Shown piece by piece: positions 27,922 to 37,211 of a stretch of DNA of 64,000 nt (its first letter is position 1; the number at the start of each line of letters is the position of its first letter). Location of the stretch: NCBI GenBank assembly GCA_947651395.1, contig CANSYW010000010.1, forward strand, positions 3,182 through 67,181, read 5' to 3'. The notes beneath the pieces were generated by a model. It made no database searches, was not told where the DNA came from, and saw only the letters and a list, made by a program, of their open reading frames with translations. The DNA is from an uncultured Pseudoflavonifractor sp. (GTDB lineage Bacteria > Bacillota > Clostridia > Oscillospirales > Oscillospiraceae). Made by a program: the position numbers and the translations under genes.

Positions 27922-28785
27922 GTGGTCACTCTGAACCTCTGCGATATCAACGAGATCAAGCCGCTCCTTGCCCGCCACGGCTTTCATTTTTCCAAGTCCC
28001 TGGGCCAGAACTTCCTCATTGAGAGCTGGGTACCCCGGGACATTGCCGAAGCCTCGGGGGCGGGCGCCGGCACAGGCGTGCTGGAGATCGGCCCCGGCAT
28101 CGGCCCCCTTACCACCGAGCTGGCCCGACGGGCGGACAGGGTGGCGGCGGTGGAGCTGGATCGGGATCTGCTCCCCATTCTGGCGGAGACCCTCGCCCCC
28201 TTTCCCAACGCGGCCGTCATTCCCGGCGACGTGATGAAGCTGGATCTGGCCGCTCTGGTATCGGAGCACTTCGGCGGCCTCACGCCCATGGTGTGCGCCA
28301 ACCTGCCCTATAACATCACCACCCCCGTCCTCACCCTGCTGCTGGAGTGCGGGCTGTTTTCCGCCGTCACCGTGATGATCCAGAAGGAGGTGGCCCAGCG
28401 GATCTGCGCCGCCCCCGGCTCCAAGGACTACGGCGCCTTCACCCTTCTGTGTCAATACTACGCAAAAACGGAGCTCCTCTTCGACGTACCCAGGGAATGC
28501 TTCCTCCCCCAGCCCAAGGTGACCTCGGCGGTGGTGCGCCTTACCTGTCAGGAGCCTCCGGCCTGCGTACATGACCGGGCGCTCTTTTTCCGCCTGGTCC
28601 GCGCCGCCTTCAACCTGCGGCGCAAGACCCTTCTCAACGCCCTGAGCGCCGCGGGCCTCTCCCCGGACAAGGACGCCCTTGCCCGGGCGATGGCCCGGGC
28701 CGGCCTCCCCGCCGACGTCCGGGGCGAGCGGCTGAGCCTGGAGCAGTTTGCCCGACTGGCGGATGAGCTCAAAGCTCCGCTGTAA
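27922..28785 (+). CDS. rsmA: 16S rRNA m6,2A dimethyltransferase KsgA
   Basis: KSLGQNFL, LEIGPGIG, ANLPYNIT, MIQKEVAQR, RRKTLLN. Confidence 0.97.
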   Translation: MVTLNLCDINEIKPLLARHGFHFSKSLGQNFLIESWVPRDIAEASGAGAGTGVLEIGPGIGPLTTELARRADRVAAVELDRDLLPILAETLAPFPNAAVIPGDVMKLDLAALVSEHFGGLTPMVCANLPYNITTPVLTLLLECGLFSAVTVMIQKEVAQRICAAPGSKDYGAFTLLCQYYAKTELLFDVPRECFLPQPKVTSAVVRLTCQEPPACVHDRALFFRLVRAAFNLRRKTLLNALSAAGLSPDKDALARAMARAGLPADVRGERLSLEQFARLADELKAPL

Positions 28786-28802
28786 AGGGGGCGGATCACC
28801 CC

Positions 28803-29969
28803 ATGCTTCACCTGCTGCTGGCCATCATCTATCTCGCCTTTGTCAGCCTGGGCCTGCCCGACTCTCTGCTGGGCGCCGCCTGGCCCTCCATGTATCAGTC
28901 CTTCGGTGTCCCCCTCTCCTGCTCCGGCGTCATCTTCTTCATCATCTCCCTGGGCACGGTGATCTCCAGCCTCCTGAGCGACCGCCTCACCAGACGGCTG
29001 GGCGCCGGCAGAGTGACCGCCCTGAGCACGGGGCTGACGGCCCTGGCCCTCTTCGGCTTTTCCGTCAGCGGCTCCTTCCCCGCCCTGTGTTTGTGGGCCG
29101 TCCCCTACGGCCTGGGGGCGGGGAGCGTGGACGCCGCCCTCAACAACTATGTGGCCCTCAACTACGCCAGCCGCCACATGAGCTGGCTCCACTGCATGTG
29201 GGGCCTGGGTGCCTCCCTGGGGCCCTATATCATGAGCCGCGCCCTCACCGGCGGGGCGGGATGGCCTGTGGGCTACCGGATCATCAGCATGATCCAGTTC
29301 GCCCTCACCGTCCTGCTCATCGTCACCCTTCCCCTGTGGGGGCTGGGGGCCCATTCTGCCGCCGGTCCCGGAGACCGCTCAGAAGAAAAAGCCCTCTCCC
29401 TGCCCCGGCTTCTGGGCATCCCCGGGGTGAAGGCGGTGATGGTGGCCTTCTTTTGCTACTGCGCCCTGGAGCAGACCGCCGGACTGTGGGCCGGCAGCTA
29501 TCTGGTGCTGGAAAAGGGCATCCCGCCGGAGACCGCCGCCGCCTTCTCCGGTCTTTTCTATCTGGGCATCACCGCCGGCCGCATGCTCGGCGGCTTTTTG
29601 ACCCTGAAGCTGGAGGACGGCCAGATGGTCCGGCTGGGCCAGGGCGTCATCGCCCTGGGGCTCGCCGCCATGCTGCTCCCCCTGGGCCAGGCCCCCTCCC
29701 TCCTGGGGCTTCTTCTCATCGGCCTGGGCTGCGCCCCCATCTACCCCAGCGTCATCCACGCCACCCCGGCGCGCTTCGGGGCTGACCGATCCCAGGCCAT
29801 CATCGGAGTGCAGATGGCCTCCGCCTACATCGGCAACTGCCTCATGCCCCCTCTTTTCGGCCTGGTGGCCAACCGCCTCACCTCCGCCCTTCTCCCCCTC
29901 TACCTGCTGGCCATCCTGGCCCTTATGACCCTCGCCCACGAGACCCTGCTGAAGCGGACCGGGACATAG
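28803..29969 (+). CDS. MFS transporter
   Basis: LGLPDSLLGAAWP, DRLTRRLG motif A, ~12 TM helices. Confidence 0.92.
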   Translation: MLHLLLAIIYLAFVSLGLPDSLLGAAWPSMYQSFGVPLSCSGVIFFIISLGTVISSLLSDRLTRRLGAGRVTALSTGLTALALFGFSVSGSFPALCLWAVPYGLGAGSVDAALNNYVALNYASRHMSWLHCMWGLGASLGPYIMSRALTGGAGWPVGYRIISMIQFALTVLLIVTLPLWGLGAHSAAGPGDRSEEKALSLPRLLGIPGVKAVMVAFFCYCALEQTAGLWAGSYLVLEKGIPPETAAAFSGLFYLGITAGRMLGGFLTLKLEDGQMVRLGQGVIALGLAAMLLPLGQAPSLLGLLLIGLGCAPIYPSVIHATPARFGADRSQAIIGVQMASAYIGNCLMPPLFGLVANRLTSALLPLYLLAILALMTLAHETLLKRTGT

Positions 29970-30015
29970 AAGCGCCTGTGACGCCCTCCCTTTCCCACGC
30001 ACCGGACGGTCAGTT

Positions 30016-30216
30016 TTACTGACCGTCCGCCTTTTTTCTGGCCTTCCAATTGGGGCAGGTGTCGTCCGGCTGACGAAGCTTTGTCCTGGGATAGACGCAG
30101 TGGCCGCACCAGATCGCGTCAAACCGGTGGCTGACCCCCAGGACATAGTGCTGGTGGTAGTTGGCGCAGGTACCGCACACCGGCGGCTCCAGGCTTTTGA
30201 GCAAATTTATTGCCAT
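30016..30216 (-). CDS. Small Cys-rich putative metal-binding protein (66 aa)
   Basis: CGTC...WCGHC...TCPNW; GGAGGTG RBS before ATG 30216; TTGACA-17-TAAAAT promoter. Confidence 0.7.
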   Translation of the reverse strand: MAINLLKSLEPPVCGTCANYHQHYVLGVSHRFDAIWCGHCVYPRTKLRQPDDTCPNWKARKKADGQ

Positions 30217-30235
30217 TGTTTTCACCTCCGCAAAT

Positions 30236-30291
30236 ATTTTACTATCATTTAATAGTAATGTCAATACTATCATTCGGTAGTACTATATAAT
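30236..30291. promoter_or_regulatory. Divergent promoters with two TACTAT-N6-RTAGTA operators
   Basis: ttactat-cattta-atagtaa (30239-58) and tactat-cattcg-gtagta (30265-82); leftward -35 at 30264-59 and -10 at 30241-36; rightward TATAAT at 30286-91. Confidence 0.75.
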
Positions 30292-30300
30292 GATCACGAG

Positions 30301-30510
30301 GTGAATGATATGTATTTTCCACGACTGCTTGACCTACGCGAAGATAAAGATATGACACAAAAAGAAATTGCTGCACTTCTTGGCATTGACCAGCGAGTAT
30401 ACAGCACTTATGAAACCGGAAAGCGGGACATTCCCCTGTCCCATCTAATGGTCTTAGCTGATTTTTACGGCGTCTCTGTAGACTACATTCTGGGTCGGGA
30501 AGCAAATTAG
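30301..30510 (+). CDS. Stand-alone XRE-family HTH regulator
   Basis: LREDKDMTQKEIAALLGIDQRVYSTYETGKRDIP...LADFYGVSVDYILG. Confidence 0.92.
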   Translation: MNDMYFPRLLDLREDKDMTQKEIAALLGIDQRVYSTYETGKRDIPLSHLMVLADFYGVSVDYILGREAN

Positions 30511-30531
30511 GAAAGAGCCTGTGAGCATTGC

Positions 30532-31302
30532 TCACAGGCTCTTTCTGATCTGTTCCAAAGCGTTCTTTTCCAGCCGGGAGACCTGGGCCTGGGAGATGCC
30601 CACCTCGGCGGAGACCTCCATCTGGGTCTTGCCCTGAAAAAAGCGCAGGGCAAGGATCTTCTTCTCCCGCTCGGGGAGCTTGTCCACCGCGTCCTGGAGG
30701 GCAATGTGATCCAGCCACTTCTCATCGGTATTCTTGATGTCCCGCACCTGATCCATCACGGTCACCGCGTCCCCGTTGTCCGAGTAGACCGGCTCATAGA
30801 GGCTCACCGGGTCGGTGATGGCCTCCAGGGCGAAGACCACATCCTCCCGCCGCTCGTCCAGTATTTTGGCGATCTCCTCGATGGAGGGCTCCCGCTGGTG
30901 CTCCGCCATGAACTTCTCCTTGGCCTGCAGGACCTTGTAGGCCATGTCCCGCATGGAGCGGGACACCCGCATGGCGCTGTTGTCCCGGAGGTAGCGGCGG
31001 ATCTCCCCCACGATCATGGGCACCCCGTAGGTGGAAAAGCGCACGTCCAGGTCGATGTTGAAGTTGTCGATGGCCTTGATGAGGCCAATGCACCCCACCT
31101 GGAACAGGTCGTCCACATTCTCTCCCCGACGGTCAAACTTCTGGATCACCGAGAGCACCAGCCGCAGGTTCCCGGCAATGAGCTTCTCCCGGGCGTCCAT
31201 GTCTCCGGTCTTGGTGCGTCGAAGGAGCTCCATGGTCTCCTCGTTTTTCAACACCTTCAGCTTGGAGGTATTGACCCCGCAAATCTCCACTTTCCCCTGC
31301 AT
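30532..31302 (-). CDS. sigG: Sporulation sigma factor SigG
   Basis: KVEICGVNTSKL N-terminus, DDLFQVGCIGLIKAIDNF, GISQAQVSRLEK; start ATG 31302. Confidence 0.97.
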   Translation of the reverse strand: MQGKVEICGVNTSKLKVLKNEETMELLRRTKTGDMDAREKLIAGNLRLVLSVIQKFDRRGENVDDLFQVGCIGLIKAIDNFNIDLDVRFSTYGVPMIVGEIRRYLRDNSAMRVSRSMRDMAYKVLQAKEKFMAEHQREPSIEEIAKILDERREDVVFALEAITDPVSLYEPVYSDNGDAVTVMDQVRDIKNTDEKWLDHIALQDAVDKLPEREKKILALRFFQGKTQMEVSAEVGISQAQVSRLEKNALEQIRKSL

Positions 31303-31335
31303 GAAGAAGACCCCCCGCCATGAAAATACTGCATT

Positions 31336-31364
31336 CAGTATCTCCGTGACAGGGGGTTTCATAC
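31336..31364 (-). promoter_or_regulatory. SigF/SigG-type forespore promoter of sigG
   Basis: GTATG-14-GGAGATACTG resembles GYATA-N15-GGnrAnAhTr. Confidence 0.6.
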
Positions 31365-31426
31365 CGGATGGGACCGGGGTTTATTTTTTATCGTGGGACG
31401 GTTTTCGATGGATTAAAACAAAGCCC

Positions 31427-32011
31427 TCAGCAGTGATGTCCGCCGTGGCGGCCCCGGCCTCTGCCGTGCCCGTGACCGTAGCCATAGCCGCCGTGGAAAT
31501 GCGCGGCGCAGCCCACGGGGCAGTCGTGGTAGTGACCGGCCACAGCGCAGTCCTCAGGACAGCCGTGGTAATGGGCGGGATCTGTACAGCCCTCAAGCGC
31601 GCACCCCATACTGGGACAGAAGGTGGGGCCCGCCTGGGTCTCAGTCTCCCAGCACTGGTTGCTGTGGGGATGGGTGGGATCGGTACAGCCCACGTAGCAG
31701 CCGTGGTAGTGGGCGGGGTCGGTGCAGCCCGCGTAGCAGCCGTGGTAGTGGGCAGGGTCGGCACAGCCCGCGTAACAGTTGTGGTAGTGCTCCGCGACCG
31801 CGCAGTCGGCGGCACAGTGGTGGTAATGGGCCGGATCGGTACAGTCCGTCAGATAACAGCCCATGCTGCCCAGATAGGCCGGCTCCGCCGCAGCGAGAGT
31901 CTCCATCACAACGGCGGTCTCCACCACGGGAGCCGGCTGGACGGCTTCATAAGCGGCGGGAGCGCTCACCAGCGGCGCGGCGCACAGCATGGCCGCGAGA
32001 AGTCTCTTCAC
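31427..32011 (-). CDS. Putatively exported Cys/His tandem-repeat protein, probable metal binder
   Basis: Signal-peptide-like MKRLLAAMLCAAPLVSA; eight C-x3/4-C-x4-H-x-H-type units; His/Gly tail; AAAGGA RBS, GTG start, own promoter. Confidence 0.8.
   Translation of the reverse strand: MKRLLAAMLCAAPLVSAPAAYEAVQPAPVVETAVVMETLAAAEPAYLGSMGCYLTDCTDPAHYHHCAADCAVAEHYHNCYAGCADPAHYHGCYAGCTDPAHYHGCYVGCTDPTHPHSNQCWETETQAGPTFCPSMGCALEGCTDPAHYHGCPEDCAVAGHYHDCPVGCAAHFHGGYGYGHGHGRGRGRHGGHHC
31670..31850 (-). repeat. 39-bp coding tandem repeats (13-aa units)
   Basis: ...cagccgtggtagtgggc(g/a)gggtcgg(t/c)(g/a)cagcccgcgta... with period 39. Confidence 0.85.
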
Positions 32012-32032
32012 GAGAACTCATCCTTTCATTCC

Positions 32033-32075
32033 TATAATTGGTCTCATTATACAGGCGCCCCCATCGGTTTGTCAA
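32033..32075 (-). promoter_or_regulatory. SigA promoter with overlapping Fur-box-like palindrome
   Basis: TTGACA-18-TATAAT; TATAATGAGACCAATTATA matches 13/19 of GATAATGATAATCATTATC. Confidence 0.55.
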
Positions 32076-32078
32076 GCC

Positions 32079-32813
32079 TCACTCCCCGGCGGCCAGGAGC
32101 TGCCGGGTGTATTCCTCCTTCGGGTGGTCGAAGACCTCCTCCACCGTCCCCTGCTCCACAATACGCCCCGACTTCATCACCAGTACCCGGTCACAAAGCT
32201 GATAGACCACGTTCAGGTCGTGGGAGATGAACAGATAACTCAGCTCCAGCTCGGCTCCCAGTCTCTTCAACAGCTTCAGGATCTGGGCCTGGATGGTCAC
32301 ATCCAGAGCGGATACCGGCTCGTCGGCCAGGATGAACCGGGGCCGCTGGAGCAGGGCCACGGCGATGCTCAGGCGCTGACGCTGACCGCCGGAGAGCTGG
32401 GCGGGCCTGGCTTTCAGACACTCCTGGGGCAGCTCCACCAGATCCAGCATCTCCCGTACCCGCCGTTTCCGCTCCCCGGCGTCATATTTCCCGTAAATGC
32501 GAAGGGGCTCTTCCAGGATCCACTCCACCGGATAGGCCGGGTTCAGGGAACTGTAGGGATCCTGAAAGATCATCTGGGGCCGCTTGGTATAGTGGATGAC
32601 CTCCCCCTCCTCCGGCTTCACCATCCCCAGAATGGTCTTGGCCAGGGTGGACTTGCCTGTTCCCGACTCCCCCACCAGGCCCAGGATCTCCCCCCGGCGG
32701 ATGTCAAAGCTCACGTCGTGGAGGATCTCCTTATATTCTCCTCTGCCTATGAGACTGCGGCTGCGATAACCGCACTTCACATGGCGCACGGAGAGCACCA
32801 GTTCTCCGCTCAT
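32079..32813 (-). CDS. Peptide/nickel ABC transporter ATPase (DppF/NikE-like)
   Basis: [35 protein letters not shown]. Confidence 0.93.
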   Translation of the reverse strand: MSGELVLSVRHVKCGYRSRSLIGRGEYKEILHDVSFDIRRGEILGLVGESGTGKSTLAKTILGMVKPEEGEVIHYTKRPQMIFQDPYSSLNPAYPVEWILEEPLRIYGKYDAGERKRRVREMLDLVELPQECLKARPAQLSGGQRQRLSIAVALLQRPRFILADEPVSALDVTIQAQILKLLKRLGAELELSYLFISHDLNVVYQLCDRVLVMKSGRIVEQGTVEEVFDHPKEEYTRQLLAAGE

Positions 32814-33598
32814 GGCCGCCCCTCCTTCCTCCGCCGGGGAATGGCGGCAATGAGCCGTTTGGTATACTCCTCTTTGGGGTGGTGGAAGACCTCATCGCTG
32901 TCTCCGCTCTCCACGATATGTCCCCCCTGCATCACCGCCACCCGGGCGCAGAGCCCCCGCACCACGTTCAGGTCATGGGAGATGAAGAGCATGGACATGC
33001 ACAACTCCCCGTTGAGCTTTTTGAGCAGCTTCAATATCTGGGCCTGGATGGTCACGTCCAGAGCCGTGGTGGGCTCGTCCAGCAGCAGCAGGCCGGGCCC
33101 CGACACTATGGCCGCGGCGATCATGGCCCGTTGAAGCATTCCGCCGGAGAGCTCGTGAGGATACTTTTCATAGACCGCCTCCGGATCAGGGAGCTCCACC
33201 TGAGCCATGGCCTCCAGGGCCCTGGCACGGCGCTGTGCCCCGGACAGATCCGTGTGGATCAGAAGGGCCTCCTCCACCTGTCGGCCCACCCGCATCAGGG
33301 GGTCCATGGCGGACATGGGCTCCTGGAACACCACCCCGATCTTCCGGCCCTGGATCTCCCGAAGCCGGGCCCGGGGGGCGTGGAGGAGCTCCGTGCCGTC
33401 CAGAAGGATCTGTCCGGCATACTCACACTGCTTCCGGGGCAGCAGTCCCGCCACCGCCATGGCGGTCACCGACTTGCCTGAGCCCGACTCCCCTACCAGG
33501 CCCAGGATCTCCCCACCCCCGATGGAAAGGGACACCCCGTCTACCGCATAGCGGTCTCGGGTGTGAAATTTGACCCGCAGGTCACGGATCTCCAGCAT
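32810..33598 (-). CDS. Peptide/nickel ABC transporter ATPase (DppD/NikD-like)
   Basis: [35 protein letters not shown]; start ATG 33598. Confidence 0.93.
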   Translation of the reverse strand: MLEIRDLRVKFHTRDRYAVDGVSLSIGGGEILGLVGESGSGKSVTAMAVAGLLPRKQCEYAGQILLDGTELLHAPRARLREIQGRKIGVVFQEPMSAMDPLMRVGRQVEEALLIHTDLSGAQRRARALEAMAQVELPDPEAVYEKYPHELSGGMLQRAMIAAAIVSGPGLLLLDEPTTALDVTIQAQILKLLKKLNGELCMSMLFISHDLNVVRGLCARVAVMQGGHIVESGDSDEVFHHPKEEYTKRLIAAIPRRRKEGRP

Positions 33599-34407
33599 CA
33601 GACCACCCCCTTGTCCCGGCTCTGCAGGCCGGCCCCTATGAGGCCCACGCCGAACACCAGCAAAATAATGGCCCCGCCCGCCCCCAGGGCATACCATGGG
33701 GCCACGGTGAGCATGCTCTGGGCCTCGGAGAGCATATAGCCCAGAGAGGCGTCCGGCGGCGTGACTCCGATGCTCAGATAGCTCATGGAGGCCTCAGCCA
33801 GCACCGCGTTGTTGAAGCCAATGGTGAGGGCGGGCAGCAGCACCGGGAGCGTGTTGGGCAGGATATGCACCCACAGGATCCGCCAGTGGCTCGCCCCCAT
33901 GAGCTGAGCGCTTTTGACATAGTTGGCCTCCCGGAGGGAGGCAAAGGCCGTGCGGGCGATCCGGGCGTAGCCCGGGATAAAGGCCAGGCCCAGGGCCAGC
34001 ACCACATTGTATTTCTTGCCGGGGCCCACGATACTGATGATCACCAGAGCCAGCAGAATGCTGGGAAAGGCGGTGAGGGCGTCGTTGAGCCGGGTGAGCA
34101 CCCGATCCACCCAGCCGCCGAAGTAACCGGTCACGGCCCCCGCCGCCGTGCCGCACACCGCCCCCGCGGCCACCGTGGCCAGCGCGATGGACAGGGTGTT
34201 CCCCGCCCCCTGGAGCACCCGGCTGAAAATGTCCCGGCCAAAGCCGTCGGTGCCCAGCAGATGCTCCAGCGAGGGGGCGTCAAACTTGGGCCCCGTAGCC
34301 ATGGCGGCAGGGTCGTAGGGCGTCCGGAAAAAGCCCGCCAGGATGACAAGCACCATGAAGCCCGTGAGCAAAAGCCCGGCGGTGAGGCAGCCGTTCCTTC
34401 TCTTCAT
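33598..34407 (-). CDS. Peptide/nickel ABC permease (DppC/NikC-like)
   Basis: HLLGTDGFGRDIFSRV, EAA-like YVKSAQLMGAS, HILPN. Confidence 0.93.
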   Translation of the reverse strand: MKRRNGCLTAGLLLTGFMVLVILAGFFRTPYDPAAMATGPKFDAPSLEHLLGTDGFGRDIFSRVLQGAGNTLSIALATVAAGAVCGTAAGAVTGYFGGWVDRVLTRLNDALTAFPSILLALVIISIVGPGKKYNVVLALGLAFIPGYARIARTAFASLREANYVKSAQLMGASHWRILWVHILPNTLPVLLPALTIGFNNAVLAEASMSYLSIGVTPPDASLGYMLSEAQSMLTVAPWYALGAGGAIILLVFGVGLIGAGLQSRDKGVV

Positions 34408-35357
34408 TCTCCGTCACCTCCCAGCCGCAGGCGGGGGTCGATCCGCTGCTGGATGAGATCGGCCAGCGTCCCGGAGAGTACCACCCAGAAGGCCAGAATG
34501 ACCACGATGGCCTGAACCACCGGATAGTCCCGGTTGTAGATGGACGCCACCAGAAGCCGCCCCAGCCCGGGGATGGCGAAGACCTGCTCCACCACCACCC
34601 CGGAGGCCAGGATCTCCGCCAGAGTCTGGGCCAGGAAGGCCACCACCGGGACGATGGAATTTTTCAGCACATGCCGCCGCAGGACGGCGGAGCGGTCATT
34701 GCCCCGGGAGATGGCGGTGCGGACATAGTCCTTCCCCATCTCCTCCCCCACTGTGCCGCGCAGCATCCGCACCGTCATGGCGATCCGGGGAATGGCGATG
34801 GCCACCGCGGCGAAAAAGAGGTAGCGCAGACTGCCCCACAGATCCTCTCCCAGGCCGGGAAAGCTCCCCGCCGTAAACCACTTCAGCGCCACGCCGAAGA
34901 TCCAGGACAGGAGCATACCGGTAAAGAAGGCGGGTACCGCCATACACAGCTGATTGAAGGCGGTGCGCAGCCCCTCCCATCTGCCGCCGCTCCGTCCCGC
35001 GGTGAGCAGACCCAGAGGGATGGACACCCCCACGATGAGCAGAAAGCTCACCCCGCTCAGGCACAGGGTCACCGCCACCTTGGGGGCGATCAGCTCCCAC
35101 ACCGGCTGTTTATATTGGTAGGACATCCCCAGGTCACCGGTAAAAAAGCCCCCCAGCCAGTCCAGATAACGGACCGGCAGGGGGCGATCAAGACCCATTT
35201 CCGCACGCAAAGCGGCCAGGCGCTCAGGGGTGGCCTGAGTGCCCAGCATAATTTCCGCCGGGTCTCCCGAGATGAGGTCAAAGGCCACAAAGGCCAGCAG
35301 GGAGACCAGCAGCATGGTGACCAAAAGGGTCAGGAGCCGCCTCGCCGCGTATTTCAT
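34404..35357 (-). CDS. Peptide/nickel ABC permease (DppB/NikB-like)
   Basis: GDPA...GLDRP...GDLG.S, DYVRTA..RG, VEQVFAIPGLGRL, RDYPVVQ. Confidence 0.93.
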   Translation of the reverse strand: MKYAARRLLTLLVTMLLVSLLAFVAFDLISGDPAEIMLGTQATPERLAALRAEMGLDRPLPVRYLDWLGGFFTGDLGMSYQYKQPVWELIAPKVAVTLCLSGVSFLLIVGVSIPLGLLTAGRSGGRWEGLRTAFNQLCMAVPAFFTGMLLSWIFGVALKWFTAGSFPGLGEDLWGSLRYLFFAAVAIAIPRIAMTVRMLRGTVGEEMGKDYVRTAISRGNDRSAVLRRHVLKNSIVPVVAFLAQTLAEILASGVVVEQVFAIPGLGRLLVASIYNRDYPVVQAIVVILAFWVVLSGTLADLIQQRIDPRLRLGGDGE

Positions 35358-35361
35358 ATCC

Positions 35362-36906
35362 TTACTTCACCCAGCCCAAGGTGGACAGATCCAGAACATA
35401 GATGGGATAGAACTGAAGTCCCTCCAGTCCCTTGCGCACCGCCACCAGGTCGGCCAGATCCTGAATGTACACATTGACGGCGTTCTCGGTGAGGTTGCGC
35501 TCCAGCTCCTTGTAGAGCCGGGTCTGCTCAGCGTCGTCATAGGTGATCTGGGCCTGCCGGTAGAGGGCGTCATACTCCTCATTGACATAGTTGACGAAGT
35601 TCCGCTTGGCGGTGGACTCGAACCGGGACAGCAGGGCCCGGGCGGTCATGGTGGAGGCGTCCAGTCCCACCACAGTGGACTGGAACTGCCGGCCGGAGTA
35701 CACGTCAGACAGCCAGGCGCCCCACTCGATAAGCTCCAGCTTGGCGTTGATCCCCACCGCCTTCAGCTGCTCGGCGATGACCTGGGCGGCGTCGATGTGG
35801 GGGGTATAGTTGGAGGGGACGGTGATGGTCATCTCAAACCCGTCGGGATAACCCGCCTCGGTCAGGAGGGCCTTGGCCTTGTCCACATTGTGGGTATAGT
35901 AGTTGGTGAGGCTGTCGTCAAAATACTTTCCAAAGGCGGGGTACATGCTGGAGCCGATGAGGCTTCCGTACCCATCGAAGGCCAGATCCAGGATCTGCTC
36001 CCGATCCACGGCATAGCACAGAGCCTGCCGCACCCGGAGGTCGTCAAAGGGCTCGGCCCCATTGTTGAGGTAGAGGGCCTGTACCAGGTTCATGGTGCCC
36101 TCGGCGATGTTGAAGTCCTCCCCCAGCTGGGCGGCCCGGTTGCTGGTCATATGGGCGCATAGATCCACCGCGCCGCTCTGGAGGCTCATAAGGATACTGT
36201 CGGGATTCTCCATGATCTTGAGGGTCACTCTGTCCAGCTTGGCGGGGGTGCCCCAGTAGTCCTCGAAGCGCTCCAGCACCACGTTGTCCTGGGCGGAGCG
36301 GGAGACATACCGGAAGGGCCCGGTGCCCACAGGGGCGGTGGCCTGATCGGCATAGTCCCTGGGCAGGATGGCGGCGGTCAGAGAGGAAAAAAACTCGTTG
36401 TCCGGCTCGGCGATGGTGATGGACACCGTGCCGTCGGCGTTGGCGGTGACGTCGGTGACGGCGGAAAATGCCTCCACCAGAGAGGAGCCGCCCTCGACGT
36501 CGGCACAGCGCCGGATGGACCAGACCACGTCCTCGGCGGTCACCGTCTGGCCGTTATGGAACCTCACCCCGTCACGCAGGGTGAAGGTATAGGTGGTTCT
36601 GTCATCGGAAACGGTGTAGTCAGAGGCCACCGCGCAAACCAGGTCGCCGTCGGGGGTGGGCTTGACCAGACCTTCGAACACGTTGAACATGATCTCCTTG
36701 GTCCCTGCCGCCACCGTCATGTGGGGGTCAAGGCTGTCGTCCAGATCCTGAGCAATGGCCACCGTGATCTCGTTGGGACGGACGGTGGGTCCCTGCTGGA
36801 GGGTCTCCTGGGGCGCCGGCGTCCGGGCGGCGTCGCCGCCGCAGCCGGCCAGTGCGAGGCCCATGGCCCCGGCCAGTAAAAGAGCTGTGATCCTGCGTGT
36901 TTTCAT
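35362..36906 (-). CDS. Family 5 (NikA/DppA/OppA-like) solute-binding lipoprotein
   Basis: Start MKTRRITALL at 36906, lipobox LAGC, LDPH, FEGLVK, FTLRDGVRFHNG, GTGPF. Confidence 0.93.
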   Translation of the reverse strand: MKTRRITALLLAGAMGLALAGCGGDAARTPAPQETLQQGPTVRPNEITVAIAQDLDDSLDPHMTVAAGTKEIMFNVFEGLVKPTPDGDLVCAVASDYTVSDDRTTYTFTLRDGVRFHNGQTVTAEDVVWSIRRCADVEGGSSLVEAFSAVTDVTANADGTVSITIAEPDNEFFSSLTAAILPRDYADQATAPVGTGPFRYVSRSAQDNVVLERFEDYWGTPAKLDRVTLKIMENPDSILMSLQSGAVDLCAHMTSNRAAQLGEDFNIAEGTMNLVQALYLNNGAEPFDDLRVRQALCYAVDREQILDLAFDGYGSLIGSSMYPAFGKYFDDSLTNYYTHNVDKAKALLTEAGYPDGFEMTITVPSNYTPHIDAAQVIAEQLKAVGINAKLELIEWGAWLSDVYSGRQFQSTVVGLDASTMTARALLSRFESTAKRNFVNYVNEEYDALYRQAQITYDDAEQTRLYKELERNLTENAVNVYIQDLADLVAVRKGLEGLQFYPIYVLDLSTLGWVK

Positions 36907-37092
36907 AGGGTGCTTCCTTTCATCACTGCTTCCCCCTCGGGAAGTCAATGTCGGGCGGATGACCTCCGCCCATCGGATTTTCGGCTCTGTTTTATTTTGT
37001 GAGGCCTGTCCCGAGCCGGCAGAGACCCGCCCCAAAGGAAATGCTCCGCGGGATGGCCTCCTGACTATGAGGTAGACCTCCCACCTGGCCGT

Positions 37093-37121
37093 ATTTTACA
37101 TCATATTTCTCCTCTTTGCAA
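37093..37121 (-). promoter_or_regulatory. SigA-type promoter of the ABC operon, with ~180-nt leader
   Basis: TTGCAA-17-TAAAAT. Confidence 0.65.
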
Positions 37122-37211
37122 GGGAAAACCCTCTTTTTTCAGCCCCGCGTCCCCCGGGAACGTACCCCCTTCCATCCCCGCCTCCATGACCTGTCGGCGG
37201 ACGGCGCGCGC

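Noticed and set aside
31670-31850. 39-bp periodic repeats as a possible CRISPR array
   Set aside because: Units are contiguous, vary in a codon-like way and have no unique spacers; no cas genes; they encode the Cys/His protein.
31427-32011. Multiheme cytochrome or RiPP precursor interpretation of the Cys/His protein
   Set aside because: No CxxCH motifs, and no radical SAM, peptidase or other maturation genes nearby.
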